Assembly: GCA_045837725.1 (NCBI GenBank)
Contig: JBEWZL010000073.1
Location: 62,001-126,000, forward strand
Source of the DNA: Vermamoeba vermiformis
Taxonomy: Eukaryota
Direction of reading: 5' to 3'
DNA length: 64,000 bases
The position numbers and the translations under genes were made by a program. This document shows, piece after piece, positions 24,660 to 38,807 of the stretch (position 1 is the first letter of the stretch; every line of letters starts with the position of its first letter). The notes below the pieces were generated by a model that was given only the letters and a program-made list of their open reading frames with translations, did not search any database and was not told where the DNA came from.

Positions 24660-25089
24660 TGCAGTATCATCACCCACTAACAGGGTTATAATTGTAACAC
24701 TAATAAATACCTGTTAGAAATATATTAAATTTCAATTACATCATTAATTAAAGTCAGATCTAAGCCAAAGACTGAGAGAAAACTTAGAGGTAAGTTGTAC
24801 CCTACTTAGAAGGCCCAATATAATTACAATATGTTATTATAATTGATTTTCGAAATTTTGGCACTGTCCTGAGATTCCAGAAAATATTTGTAAATTGAAT
24901 TTTTAATCTGGATCTTGTGCAGGACCGCCATAGGACACACCCTCTATATAAGGGCTCTTATTATACATATATAATGTATATGGGGGGTATATCTTATATA
25001 TTTAATTCAAGTTTTTTGGTGCATTAGTAAAGTCATAGTAGATCTGCAAACATGATGCAAAAATAGTGACTTAATCTTATTGTATAGTA

Positions 25090-26020
25090 ATGGAGAGATC
25101 TCCCAAGAAGCTAAGGCGCCCCTCTAAGCGCCATTTCAAGCAACTGGTGGCAAAGGTTGCCAAAGTGCACAAGGCTGCTCAGTACACTTTGTACAAGTAT
25201 TTGAAGCGAGTTTTGAATACTGTGCCTGAGGGCAAGAAGCATCCGCCAAAACTAGTACCGTAAGTGCATTACATTGCATTATGTTTGTCTAATATTCGAT
25301 AGATCCTATCTATCAATTAGTGATGCATGTTTGATCTTCATCCATTGGCTTTGTTATAGTCCAATTATGTCCTTCTATGATGATATGGCATCCTAGCTCA
25401 ACCATTTGAGTTTATCCGTGTATGCTTGATTTGGTATCATTACGTCAAGATACAAGAACTAATGTATTCAAAGCGAAAGATTTTCCACTGAGCACATCAC
25501 CTCAACTGCAGCAGAAGAAAAAAGATTTCTGATGGAGCCAACTCCAAAACGAATAGATGGAACTCATTGCCCAGCTGAGACCAGCAGTGCACAAAAAGAT
25601 TCTCACCACAGCTTCAAGCTAAAGCGTGGGGCTTTAACAACTCTAGCAGCAACAGATTCAAGACAATACTATGTCTCAAAAGGTCGCACCAGCTGGGCTC
25701 ACAATGACCAAAAACTTTTGTCCATCTACATCAAAGACTACAAACTGTGTTGGAAAGACTTCATATGATCATAAAGGATAATTTTTGGGGTATGGCTGAG
25801 AATGGATATGAATCTGATACAGAACAGTTCCAATCATCAAATACAAGGGCAGACAATTGTCTCTGCGCCAGAAAGCAAGCAACAGTCCACAGGCACATCC
25901 GTAGTCAATGAAAATGTTGGAAGACTTAAGTACATTTAAATTCTGAAGCTCATCTGGCGCCTGGATCATCAGCTCTTTAATGTAGCATTCAGAATCTGTG
26001 CAGCACTCTACAATCTAGGA
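25090..26020 (+). pseudogene. Decayed PIF/Harbinger (IS5-related, DDE_Tnp_4) transposase with an intron, frameshifts and stops
   Basis: HTH-like LSISDACLIFIHWL...YGI.SSTI; catalytic IDGTHCP...SFKLK...YYVS...HNDQ; MAENGY at the GDxGY position; VVNENVGRLKYI*IL...WR...F.ICAALYNL; the blocks lie in different frames. Confidence 0.8.
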
Positions 26021-26118
26021 TTGCCTCAGCAATCAAGAAAGATCCAGCCCCCTGCCAACCACAAGCTTTTTGTGTATGTGTTCTGTGCAGAACTCAGCAA
26101 AGTCTAATTTATTACAGG

Positions 26119-26835
26119 TATGAGCCAACACAAACCGCCATACAGCAGGACACTGAAGCAACAGAGCACTGCAACCTCACATTTGAAGAGTTCCTTGCCT
26201 TGCAGACAGATGGTGAAGTAGCTGAAAGAGCCCCTCCTGCAACTGAACAAGGCAATGAAGATTGGGAAGAGAACTCAGAAAGCTTATCTATCGAAGATTC
26301 TGAGGATGCAGAGCACAATGACTCTGTTTACTCCAGAGAGTATGAAAATGATGAATTTGATGAAATCCCAGAAATGGATCCCCCATCTCCTGTCCCATCA
26401 AATGCAAACCAAAGAGACAAGATCATCCGTGAAATTTTGTCAGATAGAGAGAAAAGTGAGCAATTCCAGCTATATAGACAATTGTTCTTGAACTTTGCTG
26501 AGGCAAGCAAAAAACTGCGCGATATCACTGAAGAGGCTCGTCAACGAAACTTTGGGAACCATACTTCAGATAAGAAATGGCAGTTGGCATTCTCCGTCAT
26601 GATGAAAGCCTCCAAATCATTGCAGGAAGCTGAACGCAATAACCAATTTGCAAACTTGACAGCTGAAGATGTGGAACAAGTTTACCATGAAGTTTCTCGT
26701 CTTCTAGGTACCCCAATAACACCTCCATCATCACCAACGCACTCCCCTAGCAGAAAACGAGCAGCTCCTGATGATGACAGCTCAGATGCTTCTGGCCCTA
26801 CTCAAAGTTCTGCAAAGAAGCAGAAGTCCACCTAA
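26119..26835 (+). CDS. Open acidic/helical ORF downstream of the transposase (C-terminal exon or second ORF of the element)
   Basis: Uninterrupted frame of more than 210 codons after an acceptor (ttacag at about 26118); E/D-rich tract, helical core, terminal NLS-like RKR and KKQK. Confidence 0.5.
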   Translation, partial: YEPTQTAIQQDTEATEHCNLTFEEFLALQTDGEVAERAPPATEQGNEDWEENSESLSIEDSEDAEHNDSVYSREYENDEFDEIPEMDPPSPVPSNANQRDKIIREILSDREKSEQFQLYRQLFLNFAEASKKLRDITEEARQRNFGNHTSDKKWQLAFSVMMKASKSLQEAERNNQFANLTAEDVEQVYHEVSRLLGTPITPPSSPTHSPSRKRAAPDDDSSDASGPTQSSAKKQKST

Positions 26836-26939
26836 CTCATCTTCTTGTTAGCAGATCCTACTCAATTTCATTACTCATATATATTTAGATAATAGATATA
26901 GTGTATTCATTAAAATAAACTTTTTATCTGCAACTGTAG

Positions 26940-27035
26940 GTACTTATCCGGAAGTTGTCACTTAGCCGGGACAAATGACTTGTCCGGGACAAACAACATA
27001 TCCGGGTCGGATGACTTATCCGGGCCGGATATGTG
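26940..27035. repeat. Cluster of short ACTTATCCGG-like repeats (subterminal-type)
   Basis: acttatccgg, acttagccgg, acttgtccgg, catatccgg, acttatccgg, ccggatatg; related cttatccggataag at about 23777 and two ctatccgga copies at about 24547-24573. Confidence 0.7.
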
Positions 27036-27430
27036 ATACTGCATGGATATGAGAGCCAGCCTGGACTGGCCATCCTCCTTGTGGCAGGGATGAGTGTCCG
27101 TCAGTAGACAGCCTCCAATGTTCTGCAAAGAACTTCAGCACAAGAACTGTTCTATTTGCTGCAATACCACTTAAACTTTCAAAATAAATCGTTCTAATTA
27201 ATATGCAGATAGTAGCAATATTAATAATCAAAGAGATTGAGCGACAATAACTTGTGATGGTGTCCCAGTGTGGCCGGCCAAGCCACCCTGGCCAATTTTT
27301 CCAGGAAGGATGCAGCAGCAGGTTCAATTCCTGCTGTAGGCAAAATTTTTGGTAAGTTTGTATGGGGGTGTGGTTGCCCCAGGTTCAATTCCTGGTATCG
27401 GGCCAGGAAAATTGGCCTGGCCGTCCCCTG

Positions 27431-27707
27431 ATGGGTTCATACTTACGAAAAATTACTAAGTGCTGTCACTACAATGTTTTTGATGATTACTTGTATTTTC
27501 TTGTTACATACTGATAGTTCTATGTATTTTTTACATGGTATTGTTCTGTTATTTAAGTTCTTTGCAGAACATTGCCATTTTCAGCCTCCAGCAATTTGTC
27601 CAAAGCCTCTGAGCCAATAATAGTACTTTCTGGGTCCGCTGGTACTAATGGCAAAATTTGGTATAAGTTGGTCAATTACTAACATCAGAAGATGCAGCGA
27701 CCCAGGA
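27431..27707 (-). repeat. ~280-bp diverged repeat, copy 2 (inverted relative to 23873-24178)
   Basis: tgggttcatactta...tgatgattactt...ttgcagaacattgccattttcagcct...tttggtataagttggtcaatta is the reverse complement of the copy 1 blocks. Confidence 0.85.
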
Positions 27708-28341
27708 CTGCACTAGGTTCTCACGGAATAAAAGGCTAATGCACTGAATTGTGGTGGATACCCATAAATAAGTTTGATGGTTTCCTTGCTGGCCAACCTC
27801 TACATCTGAATGCTTGCAAAACGCATAATAGCGCTGCACAGAACCATGTTGCCTTCAACAACTGGCTTGTTGTAGAACTGTGAGAGTGGTGGATGGGCTG
27901 AGTCAACTAATGCCAATCACCTACAGATGTGAAAGTATCAAAGTAACAAACAAGTCTTGTAGCCTTACCAGCCCAGCGATCTTAACTACGACTGGGCCTG
28001 GCCACAGCAGGCTGCTACTTGTTACTAAGTTTTAATTTCAAACATAAATTGAATTTGTTCCTTTTATAAACCTTGGCCCTTGCTGAAGCCAATGGTGAGG
28101 TCCTACACAAAGATCATTAGTGAATATGATAAGGCTGATGGCATGGTGGAACGTAAGATCTGGCTCTGCTTAAAGACTTAACAGGAGATGATTCAAGAGA
28201 AAAAAAATCCAGTCAATTGATTTGTAATGTTATTAGTTGTTGAATTATGACAACCTGGACAGGATGAGCAGAACATTGTTGGATACTAATTGTCATGCTT
28301 TGAAATGGACCAAGTTTTATTTAATTGCAAGACAATTGGTC

Positions 28342-30786
<2,445 letters not shown>

Positions 30787-31159
30787 GGTGATGTTGGCGC
30801 GAATAGATGATCAATGATAGGGATGGAATTATATATGTGTGTGGCAGTCTATTCGAGCTTGAACAAATAATGCTGTGCTGCACGTGACTAAATATTTTGC
30901 GCGACACTCGTCATCGAGGAAAAATCACGGAAATCGAACAACGGATCCGAGAGCTGCGACCAATCAGCGGCGCATGGTACTCGCGCACGTGGTGGTACAT
31001 TGCATCTAGCAGCTGCACCTGAGAATATCGCGAGAATGCAATTCATTTACATACACTATGTACAACGGGTGCACGTACCACATCCAGTGCTTGGCGGTAC
31101 TGTGGTACACGACAGAACAGACTACAGCGCCATTGATATATACACACACACAGGCCACA

Positions 31160-32353
31160 CTACACATCAGGTGACGAGTCGTACAAGTCGCGCAGTGGTG
31201 GAAACACGAGGGTGTTCTTGGGCACGGGGATGGTGGCACCGAACAGCTTGATGGTCATCATGATCTCCTCTGGCACGGAGGTCAGTGGGGCGGTGTGGAT
31301 GGAGAGGCATATATATGTTATGTGTATGATATGGATGATATGTGTATTATAGGTGAGGTATATAGACATCAGACACTACGTACGGTGCTGCACGCCACGT
31401 GGGTTGAAATCTTTCACGAATTTCTGTTGCTGCAGTTCAAATCGTCCGCGCACTGAGAATTGTTCCGCAGAGCTCTGATTGACACGTGTCATCGAGTCCT
31501 CATCGCTGTCCTCACCCTCGAGCACGAGATCGGTGTTCATGATCTCCGTGCTGTCACAGTCCTCCACTTCATCTTCAATCTGATCGCTCACCTGTGCTGT
31601 GTGCTCGTAGGGGTGAGAACGGTTATGAGATGAGGGGTGAGAGGTGTTATGAGAATAGTTGTGAGAGGTGTGCTGTGTGCTGCGAGGGTCGTGCTGCGCG
31701 TCCCTCTGGTGTGCAGTGTGCTCGTCCTCGCTGTCCTCCATGGCATCGCGCTCCTCCTCCTCCTCGCTGCTCGAAGACACGTGCACTACCTCGTGGTGCC
31801 TGACACGTGTGCGCGGTGCAGTGCTCGCTCGCGTCGTGCGACTGGTGCGCTGAGGTATAGCATTGCTCGTGCCTCTCCTCGCGCCAGTCACCTTGTAGAG
31901 GGCCAGGCGCAGTGTGGTGTCGTACTGGACAGTGTCAGTTGATTTGGATCGATGTGCGTGTATATATATAGAGAGCTATAGTATAGTGTACAAGTCGTGG
32001 CTCAAAAGGTAATTGGAAATAATAATATGAGCATAAAATATAATTTATCAAATAATATTATAATTTTAAATAAAATAGCATTTCCGGCAATGCAGTTGAT
32101 ATACTAATACCTTTCGTTTAATTGCATCGACAACTCCAGCTAGATTGCGGTAAGGCGGGCACACAAATGTCCCCACACGTACAGTCGCCGTGACAAATCC
32201 TTGCTCTTTTAAGAATTTGTGGCCGCGAATAGCATTGCTAAGAGGCGCGCACTTCTTATAGCCGAGGACGCGCTTGTCTTGCGATCCATACTGCTTGATC
32301 GAAGTTTGGAGCAGCGCGAGTGCGCATTGTACTTCGTCTTCTGCATCAGTCAT
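31160..32353 (-). CDS. Hypothetical protein (3 exons) with an acidic and His/Ser-rich low-complexity middle
   Basis: MTDAEDEVQ...AIKRK, then GT-AG intron, LSIYIHAH...RGVQH, intron, EIMMTIKLFGATIPVPKNTLVFPPL...*; no family recognised. Confidence 0.6.
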
Positions 32354-32528
32354 TATAGGTACTCGATCATAGTTAAGTGGTTGCTCAGTCTCGATGCAAA
32401 TTAAACTGAACGGCCGCACGAGTACGTGGTCAGATCCCCTTTTGGCCAGGGCCGTTCATAGCCGCGATTAAATACCGCACCAGCAATAGCGCCATACACT
32501 GTACAAGTCGGTCTTTATTATTGCCCTA

Positions 32529-34370
32529 CTACTGATGCAGCGCACGATGAAATGCGGGCAAGCTCTCGAGGGCTTCAATGACCTGGCGCGCAAAGGTTTG
32601 ATCGCTGAATTGTTGCAAAGACTCTCGTGCATTCATTTGCAGATCACGACGCTGCTGCTCAGTCATTTGCAGCACTTGTTCGATGGCACGTGCGTATTCA
32701 TCCGCGGTCGAGGCGAGCAGACCAGTCGCGCGACCATTGAACGGCACCACAATGTCCTCGCGCGGTCCAGCGCTGTTGTGCGCAATGACAATGGTGCCAG
32801 CTGCCATCATCTCCACGACACCAATGCCAAAGTGCTCGTCGCGCATGGTGTGCAGACCAATCAGGGCACGTGCGTAGTACTCGCGCAGCAGCACGTCATT
32901 CGGCACATTGCACACCACGCGCACGTGATCCTGCGTGGTTCAGTGAATGCACTCCCAATTAGGCAACACAGTGCTTACCTCAAGGTGATACTGTCCAATC
33001 AGTCGTTGCAGTTGTTCGACGATAGCGCGGTCCTCAGCCTTGTCGCGCACACTGCCGATCATGCACAGCTGCATCGTGCTCGTGGGATTGCGTTCTAAAA
33101 ATAGCTTGAACGCCTCCACTTGCAGCACGTGATTCTTCTCGGGTCTGCACTCCACGGTCAGTACGCTACTACACGTGTCTACGGATGACTTGCCTGAACT
33201 GCGCGATGGAGATGATCACGTGCTCGCGCGGTGTCAGGGCCAGTGCCACCAATCGCTCCACATTGCACGGCGGATAAATCAAGTGCAGCCGCTGCGCACG
33301 TGCTCCTCTCAACGCCCATTGGTCTATCATGTGCGCGCGTGTCCAGCTCGAATTGACCTGTGCATGGAGGTGAGTGCGTGACAGGTGTCAAACAAGTGAC
33401 AGGTGTCAAATGGCGTACCATGACGAGTTGCGTCCACTGTCCGACCCAGCGGTACGCGAGACCGAACAGCGCGTAGTAGAACAGCTTGGCGCGTGTCTTG
33501 AGCGTGCTGTCGCTGACACGTGACGCGTTGTTGAAGTCACGTGCGCGCGAACTGACCTTGCGCACCATGTCCGCGCTGAGGGTCGGGTAGTGCGTGTAGC
33601 AGGCCACGGTGCAGCCTGCCAGGGCCGCGAAGGGATAGGTGAAGGCGTAGCCCATGGAATCTGCGCGAGTCAGTGTTTGACACCTGTCACAACGCATCAC
33701 TCACGTACCTACAAACACGTGCGGTCTCAGCGCGCGCAATGCTTCGAGCACCAGCGGAATGGCGCCGAAACTCTGTCCCAAGAGTCTGAAGTAGGTGTAT
33801 CTGGACCAGCGTGGTCAGTTACAATCCTCATATATATATACAGTGTCCGTATAGTACCTGCTAGGCTCCACCCAATAGCGTTTCTTCAAGAACACAAATT
33901 CGATGTCCTCGCGCAGTTCGATCGCAAAGTTTTTCTGCCGAAGTCGGATCAGTTCAGCTGATTGGACGAGTTTGATATTGTACCTTAACATTTGCCAATA
34001 TCGACTCTTTAGTCTCTTTGTAATCGCCTGTGTAGACGCAGATGCGGATCTGTCCTTTGTTGTCAGGGTGCTGTTGAATAGCACCAATCATCTTCCACAA
34101 CACGCGCTCACCGCCACCACCGTCATTGCTGCAATAGGATGTAATTAGGGTCATAGAGTAGGCAGCTCGTGGAATAATTACAATTAATTCTCAAAAATAC
34201 TGTATCGAATGATCGCCCTATACTTCGATATGCACGTACCAATAGGGATGAAAGAATGCAATGGTGAATTTATTCGGCCATTTGGGCACTGAAAGTCGCA
34301 GTGCAATGAATCCACACGACAGCGCAGCTACTACGAGCACTGTGAGGTATGTCAACACTGCCACTAACAT
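32529..34370 (-). CDS. ALG11: GDP-Man:Man3GlcNAc2-PP-Dol alpha-1,2-mannosyltransferase
   Basis: N-terminal TM, IAFFHPYC|NDGGGGERVLW, DSMGYAFTYP, CYTHYPT, RPEKNH, GLHTMRDEHFGIGVVEMMAAG...HNSAGP. Confidence 0.95.
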
Positions 34371-34670
34371 GTTGTCATTAGGTGTGGTTGTGGTTAAATA
34401 ATGTGGTGACGTAAGTAATTATTGCGTGCACACTCGGCACTGACACGTCCGCAAGGCTCGATAAGCGGAAATTTCATGGACAACAACAGATATTGCCGCG
34501 TCACTCAGCGAGCAGTGTTCAGCGAATATCATCTGTCACTGCACGCAAGAGATTGACACTGCCACGTGACATTCCTTCTGCCTCGATATACTTTATTATT
34601 ATTCCTATGTACAACAGGTGCCCCGAGCGAGCAGCACTAATGAGCTCTGCCAGTGCGTGTCTCGTGTCCC

Positions 34671-35976
34671 TTACAACGCCTGTCTCTTGCGTGCAGTGTT
34701 CATGTAGGGCCGCAGCACCCACTCGTTGTCGGCTTCGTTCATCTCCACCGTACCGAGCTTGATCTGGTACAGTTGCAGTTCAAAACGAGGTCCTAGTTCT
34801 ACGAGCTCAATGTCCTTGCCTTGACGTCTATATACATGGTGGCTGTATTCTCAAAGGTTAATTCACTGCTCGAACACATCTGGAACTGCGTACCGGAATG
34901 AAATGAAGTCGTTCTGATTCACAAAAGATGCTACTCGCTTGCTGCTCTCTTTGTTGGGAGGAAATAGTGCTTTTAATATATTTTGCACGCGCTCGCCGAG
35001 CTTGGTGTTGAAATTGGCGAAGATCAGATGCGGAAACTGCGTGGGCATTGTACCCATGTTCTGCAGAGTGTGAGTACGAGGAAATGGAGCCACATCATAT
35101 ATATAATGGTCCTTACACCAATATCGTGACGAGTGAGCACATTGTGCAGTGCAAAGTAGGCAGTAGGTCCGTAGGGCAGATGTGACACGATGAGACCGTC
35201 AGGCTGACCACTGTAGCGAATAGAGTGCGTTAATGTATGTACTAAGGACCTCGCACATGCACTTCGTACCGCGTCTCATGCACGAGAATGAGGTCAGTGA
35301 CGCCCGATCGACGACAAGATTCGACCAGCTCGGGCAAGACATTGGCACCTCTGTTCACGCGCTCAGCATTGGGCAGCAAGATCTTCAACTCCTTGACGAA
35401 CTGCGTCAGCTTGGAGGACGGATCGCGCGAAGTAGTGAGCATAATCTTGGGCTCGTAAGTGCCCAGCTTGGCGTACTCGTCATCGAGCAGATTGGGCAGT
35501 GAAGCGTGTTTCTGTGCGCTGTTAGTGCCGCTAATGCAACATATAGTGTCTTGTGTGCACGTACATCATCTTCGAGTTGAATTTCTTTCATCAGATCTTC
35601 TGCTTCTTTTCGCAGCTCTGTTGGGATCGGCTTGCCCTCTGCAACAAAACGGTAAAAAAATAATTCTTTAAAAGAATACACGTATTTGACTGCGTTTATA
35701 TTAATAGTATAGCTAAATGGTTAATTTGATTATTTTTAAAATTCTCGATCGCGATCAGATCCAGATTCAAAACAGCGTTAAATTAATACCTTGCAATGCC
35801 TCGCGTATTTTCTTCTTTTTTTCATATGTCTCGCGTTCTTTGCCAATCAGACTGCGGCGATACAAATATTCTTTCCGCAACCGTGTCATACGTCGGATCT
35901 GCAACAGTGGATGAGTATTGTGCGTTACATTAATCTCTAGTCTGCGCAGCTAAGTGCTGTATATACTCACCGACAT
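34671..35976 (-). CDS. IMP4: U3 snoRNP protein Imp4 (Brix domain)
   Basis: RLRKEYLYRRS, GKPIPTELRKEA, TTSRDPSSKLTQFVKE, NRGA, PHLIFANFNTKLGERV, ELGPRFEL...IKLGT...EWVLRPYMNT. Confidence 0.95.
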
Positions 35977-36119
35977 GTTTGTGCTGTTGTTGCTGTGCTT
36001 GTGCTGTGATTGACCACCGCACCATTCAGTCAGTTTTTATCGCGGAGTGCACCAACACGTGTAGCAGTCCACCACTCACATACCCGTGTTAATATATATA
36101 TATCGCACACACATCGCAT

Positions 36120-38274
36120 ATGTCGCGCGTGACGAGGTCAAAAGCACAAAGCAAGACGGTATGTGCCGCACTGATTTTGGCGGTTTTATTTTCGATAATT
36201 ATTCAAAAATTCAATTAATACAGCTGCGTTGTCAGTTGATAATATATTGCGCGCGTATATAAGCACCCCATAGCGACTAATTTTCATGCTGTACTGCGCA
36301 ATTCACTAACACCTCGCAGTCCCTGCGCGACATGGTGCAGCAAGACACTGAAGTGCCTAAAAATAGCTCCAAGACCAGCACCAGTGCGGCCAAAAAAGGT
36401 AACAACGAGCACGTGATCGAGAACGAAGTGTCCAACAAGAGGAGCACGCGCAAGAGTAGTTCAGTGAACGATGTGCCCAAAAATAGCACCGCGGCAGAGA
36501 GCAAGGCCAGTACGCGCACCAAAAATAGCAATAAAAGTGACAGCACGGCCAAAAAAAGAAAGCGCGAGGAATCGAGTCCTGAGCCAGAGCGTTCAGTGAA
36601 ACGAGCGAAGCACGTGACAGCAATGGAGATCGATGAGCCCGTGCACAGCGAGAGTACTGTGCCTAATAAGGAAATGACACAGACCACCGCGAACAAAAGC
36701 CAAGTTAAAGATGCACCGTCCAGTACTAATAAGGAAATGCTTGCAGTCACCACAGGCAATGAATTTCCGTTGCCAAATAAGTACAAAGTGCTGTCAGACG
36801 TGTACAAATACGTCGACACAGTGTTCATGTACTTTAAAGGCAAAAAGAATTCAATTCTCTTCGAAGAGCTGCAAAGACAAGTGGAGCAAATGACACGCAA
36901 GCCAGTGTCACTCATGCACCTGCGTCAGATACAGGCAGTGACACCACAATTACTAAATTTGGAAGCTACGACGCGCGGTGGCGTGAGTGTCACAGTGCCA
37001 CTCGATGTCACGCAGCTGTCACCGACACAGCGCCGCAACAAACTGCAACATGCCCTGCTCGAGCACGTGACGCGCTTGCACTCGGTAGGGACTTGCCTTT
37101 TATGGTAACTACTGACACTGGTACAGGATTGGCTGAAAAAGACCTTCCCTTCCAAACAAGCACGTGCGTTCACTGAATTGAACACGTGGCACGCTGATTT
37201 TCCGCTCGAAGACGTGCCGGATATTTCCGTCGGTCACGCCGCCAATACTGAGTCTCGTGCGGAAGACACAACCAAAAAAGGCAAGAGTGCAAAGAAGTCT
37301 AAAGTAGACGAATCAGCGACAGAAGACACTTCCAAATTAGGCAAAGAAGAGCGCATTGAAGACATGCCCGACATTCGCCCTGCACCGCGCAGTGCTTTGC
37401 AGACATTGCACCGCACTGCACCGAGCGAGAAAAAGCGTGCGGTACGTACGAGGTCTATAGCCAAATAAGGCAAGTCCTAATCTCGCGAGCAGATTGATGA
37501 CGTGGAAGTGCTGCTGTTGGGCGAGGCACATCCGGAGATTGCGCGCAAGAAACAATTTCACGCGGCAGTGGAACAATTCGAAGCACTCGATGGTAAGACA
37601 CGTGATTTGGTGCAGACCCTGGTAGAAATCTCCCCATTAATCTCGCTGTTCAGAGAAAGACAAACACGCCGCACTCTCAGCCCCCGTGCCCACTGCCCTG
37701 CAAGGTGTGTCGAGTTCACTGATCTATCAGGTACGTTCACGAACGACAGCGGTGCAGATCGGAGTTTGACACGTGTCACAGGCTCGACTGCGCGAGAAAC
37801 AAGTGCAAGAAGATTCGGCGACCAATCGCGATGAATTGAAGAAGCGGAAATACACCTTGGGCAAACTGCCACTGTTGTGTGACATGCTGTGGAGGTGAGT
37901 CTTTGACACGCACGTGACTGCGGCAATCGATCGCACGACTGACACGTGTCTATGTGCAGCATGTTCTCGTCAGCAGGCAAGTCGTGCATGTTGTACGAGG
38001 GCACCGTGAACTACGTGCTCAACGGCTACAAGACCAGCATCCCGCGCGGTAAGTGTTTGCCTTATTTGGACATGTGCACTGACTGTACATCCACACAGAC
38101 GAGGTGATCGCACAACTGGCACTGTTGACAGAACTAGTGCCTGACGCGTGTCAAATTGTGACCCTGAACAACAACAGATGGTTCAAAATGACACGTGTCA
38201 GTGCGGAGTTCGTAGCCATGAAACACAAGCTGAATGAACTCTATGCGCAACTCGATGCTGAGATCGGTGCTTGA
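36120..38274 (+). CDS. CDT1: DNA replication licensing factor Cdt1
   Basis: LPNKYKVLSDVYKYVDTV...FEELQRQVEQMTRK...HLRQIQAVTP, RRNKLQHALLEHV, WHADFPLEDVPDI; C-terminal winged-helix-like region (LPLLCDML...LALLTELVP). Confidence 0.85.
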
Positions 38275-38807
38275 CACGTGTCACTATGAAGACTGCATCA
38301 ATATTCGTCCCACGTTGTTGTCAGTCAGATTCGAAGTGACATCCAGCAATTGTAAATAAACATCGGTTCACAAGCCACTTAAAGCTGATTCCTCGAATAG
38401 ACGCGCGAGAGTGTCACCAAAGCACGTTAAATGAGCATTAATTAGTGTTTCGAAACTGTGTGAATCAAAATTCAAAACATTAAGTAGCGCACTCAAGATT
38501 AATTAACGAACTTATTACTGACATGTCGTGAATAAAAGATATTCGTGTCACAGATATTAGAGAGGCGTGTAGTAAGATTACAGTCAGTTTAATAAATTAA
38601 AACTATGGTGAATGATAGTACAAATTAAAAGTCGAAAATTTCCGCTGCGAGGCAGAACAGTTTTGTTATTAACAATTAATAACTCCGGTGAGGGGTGTGT
38701 TGGGGGTGGTGTGACTATTCATAGGGCGAGGTGGTGGTGGGTTGAATTAAATAATATGGACAAGTGAGGCAAGGGGAGGTGGATGTGGGCTGCGTGTGAT
38801 TAAAATT

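Larger units (their letters stand above)
23380..28320. mobile_element. Composite transposon/repeat island between the convergent PGS1 and MetRS genes (boundaries approximate)
   Basis: AT-rich and CpG-poor outside the terminal repeats, lacks the gene-body palindromes, and contains a decayed DDE transposase, inverted and direct repeat copies and tRNA-like hairpins. Confidence 0.8.

Noticed and set aside
24329-24680. Several overlapping GC-rich ORFs in the repeat island
   Set aside because: By-products of GC-rich inverted and tandem repeats, not protein-like
27720-28230. Coding-like decayed fragments at the island edges (also 23400-23570)
   Set aside because: Interrupted by stops and not assignable to any family by eye
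31600-31680. Short tandem repeat encoding HTSHNYSHNTSHPSSHNRSH
   Set aside because: Low-complexity coding expansion with no further support for a function
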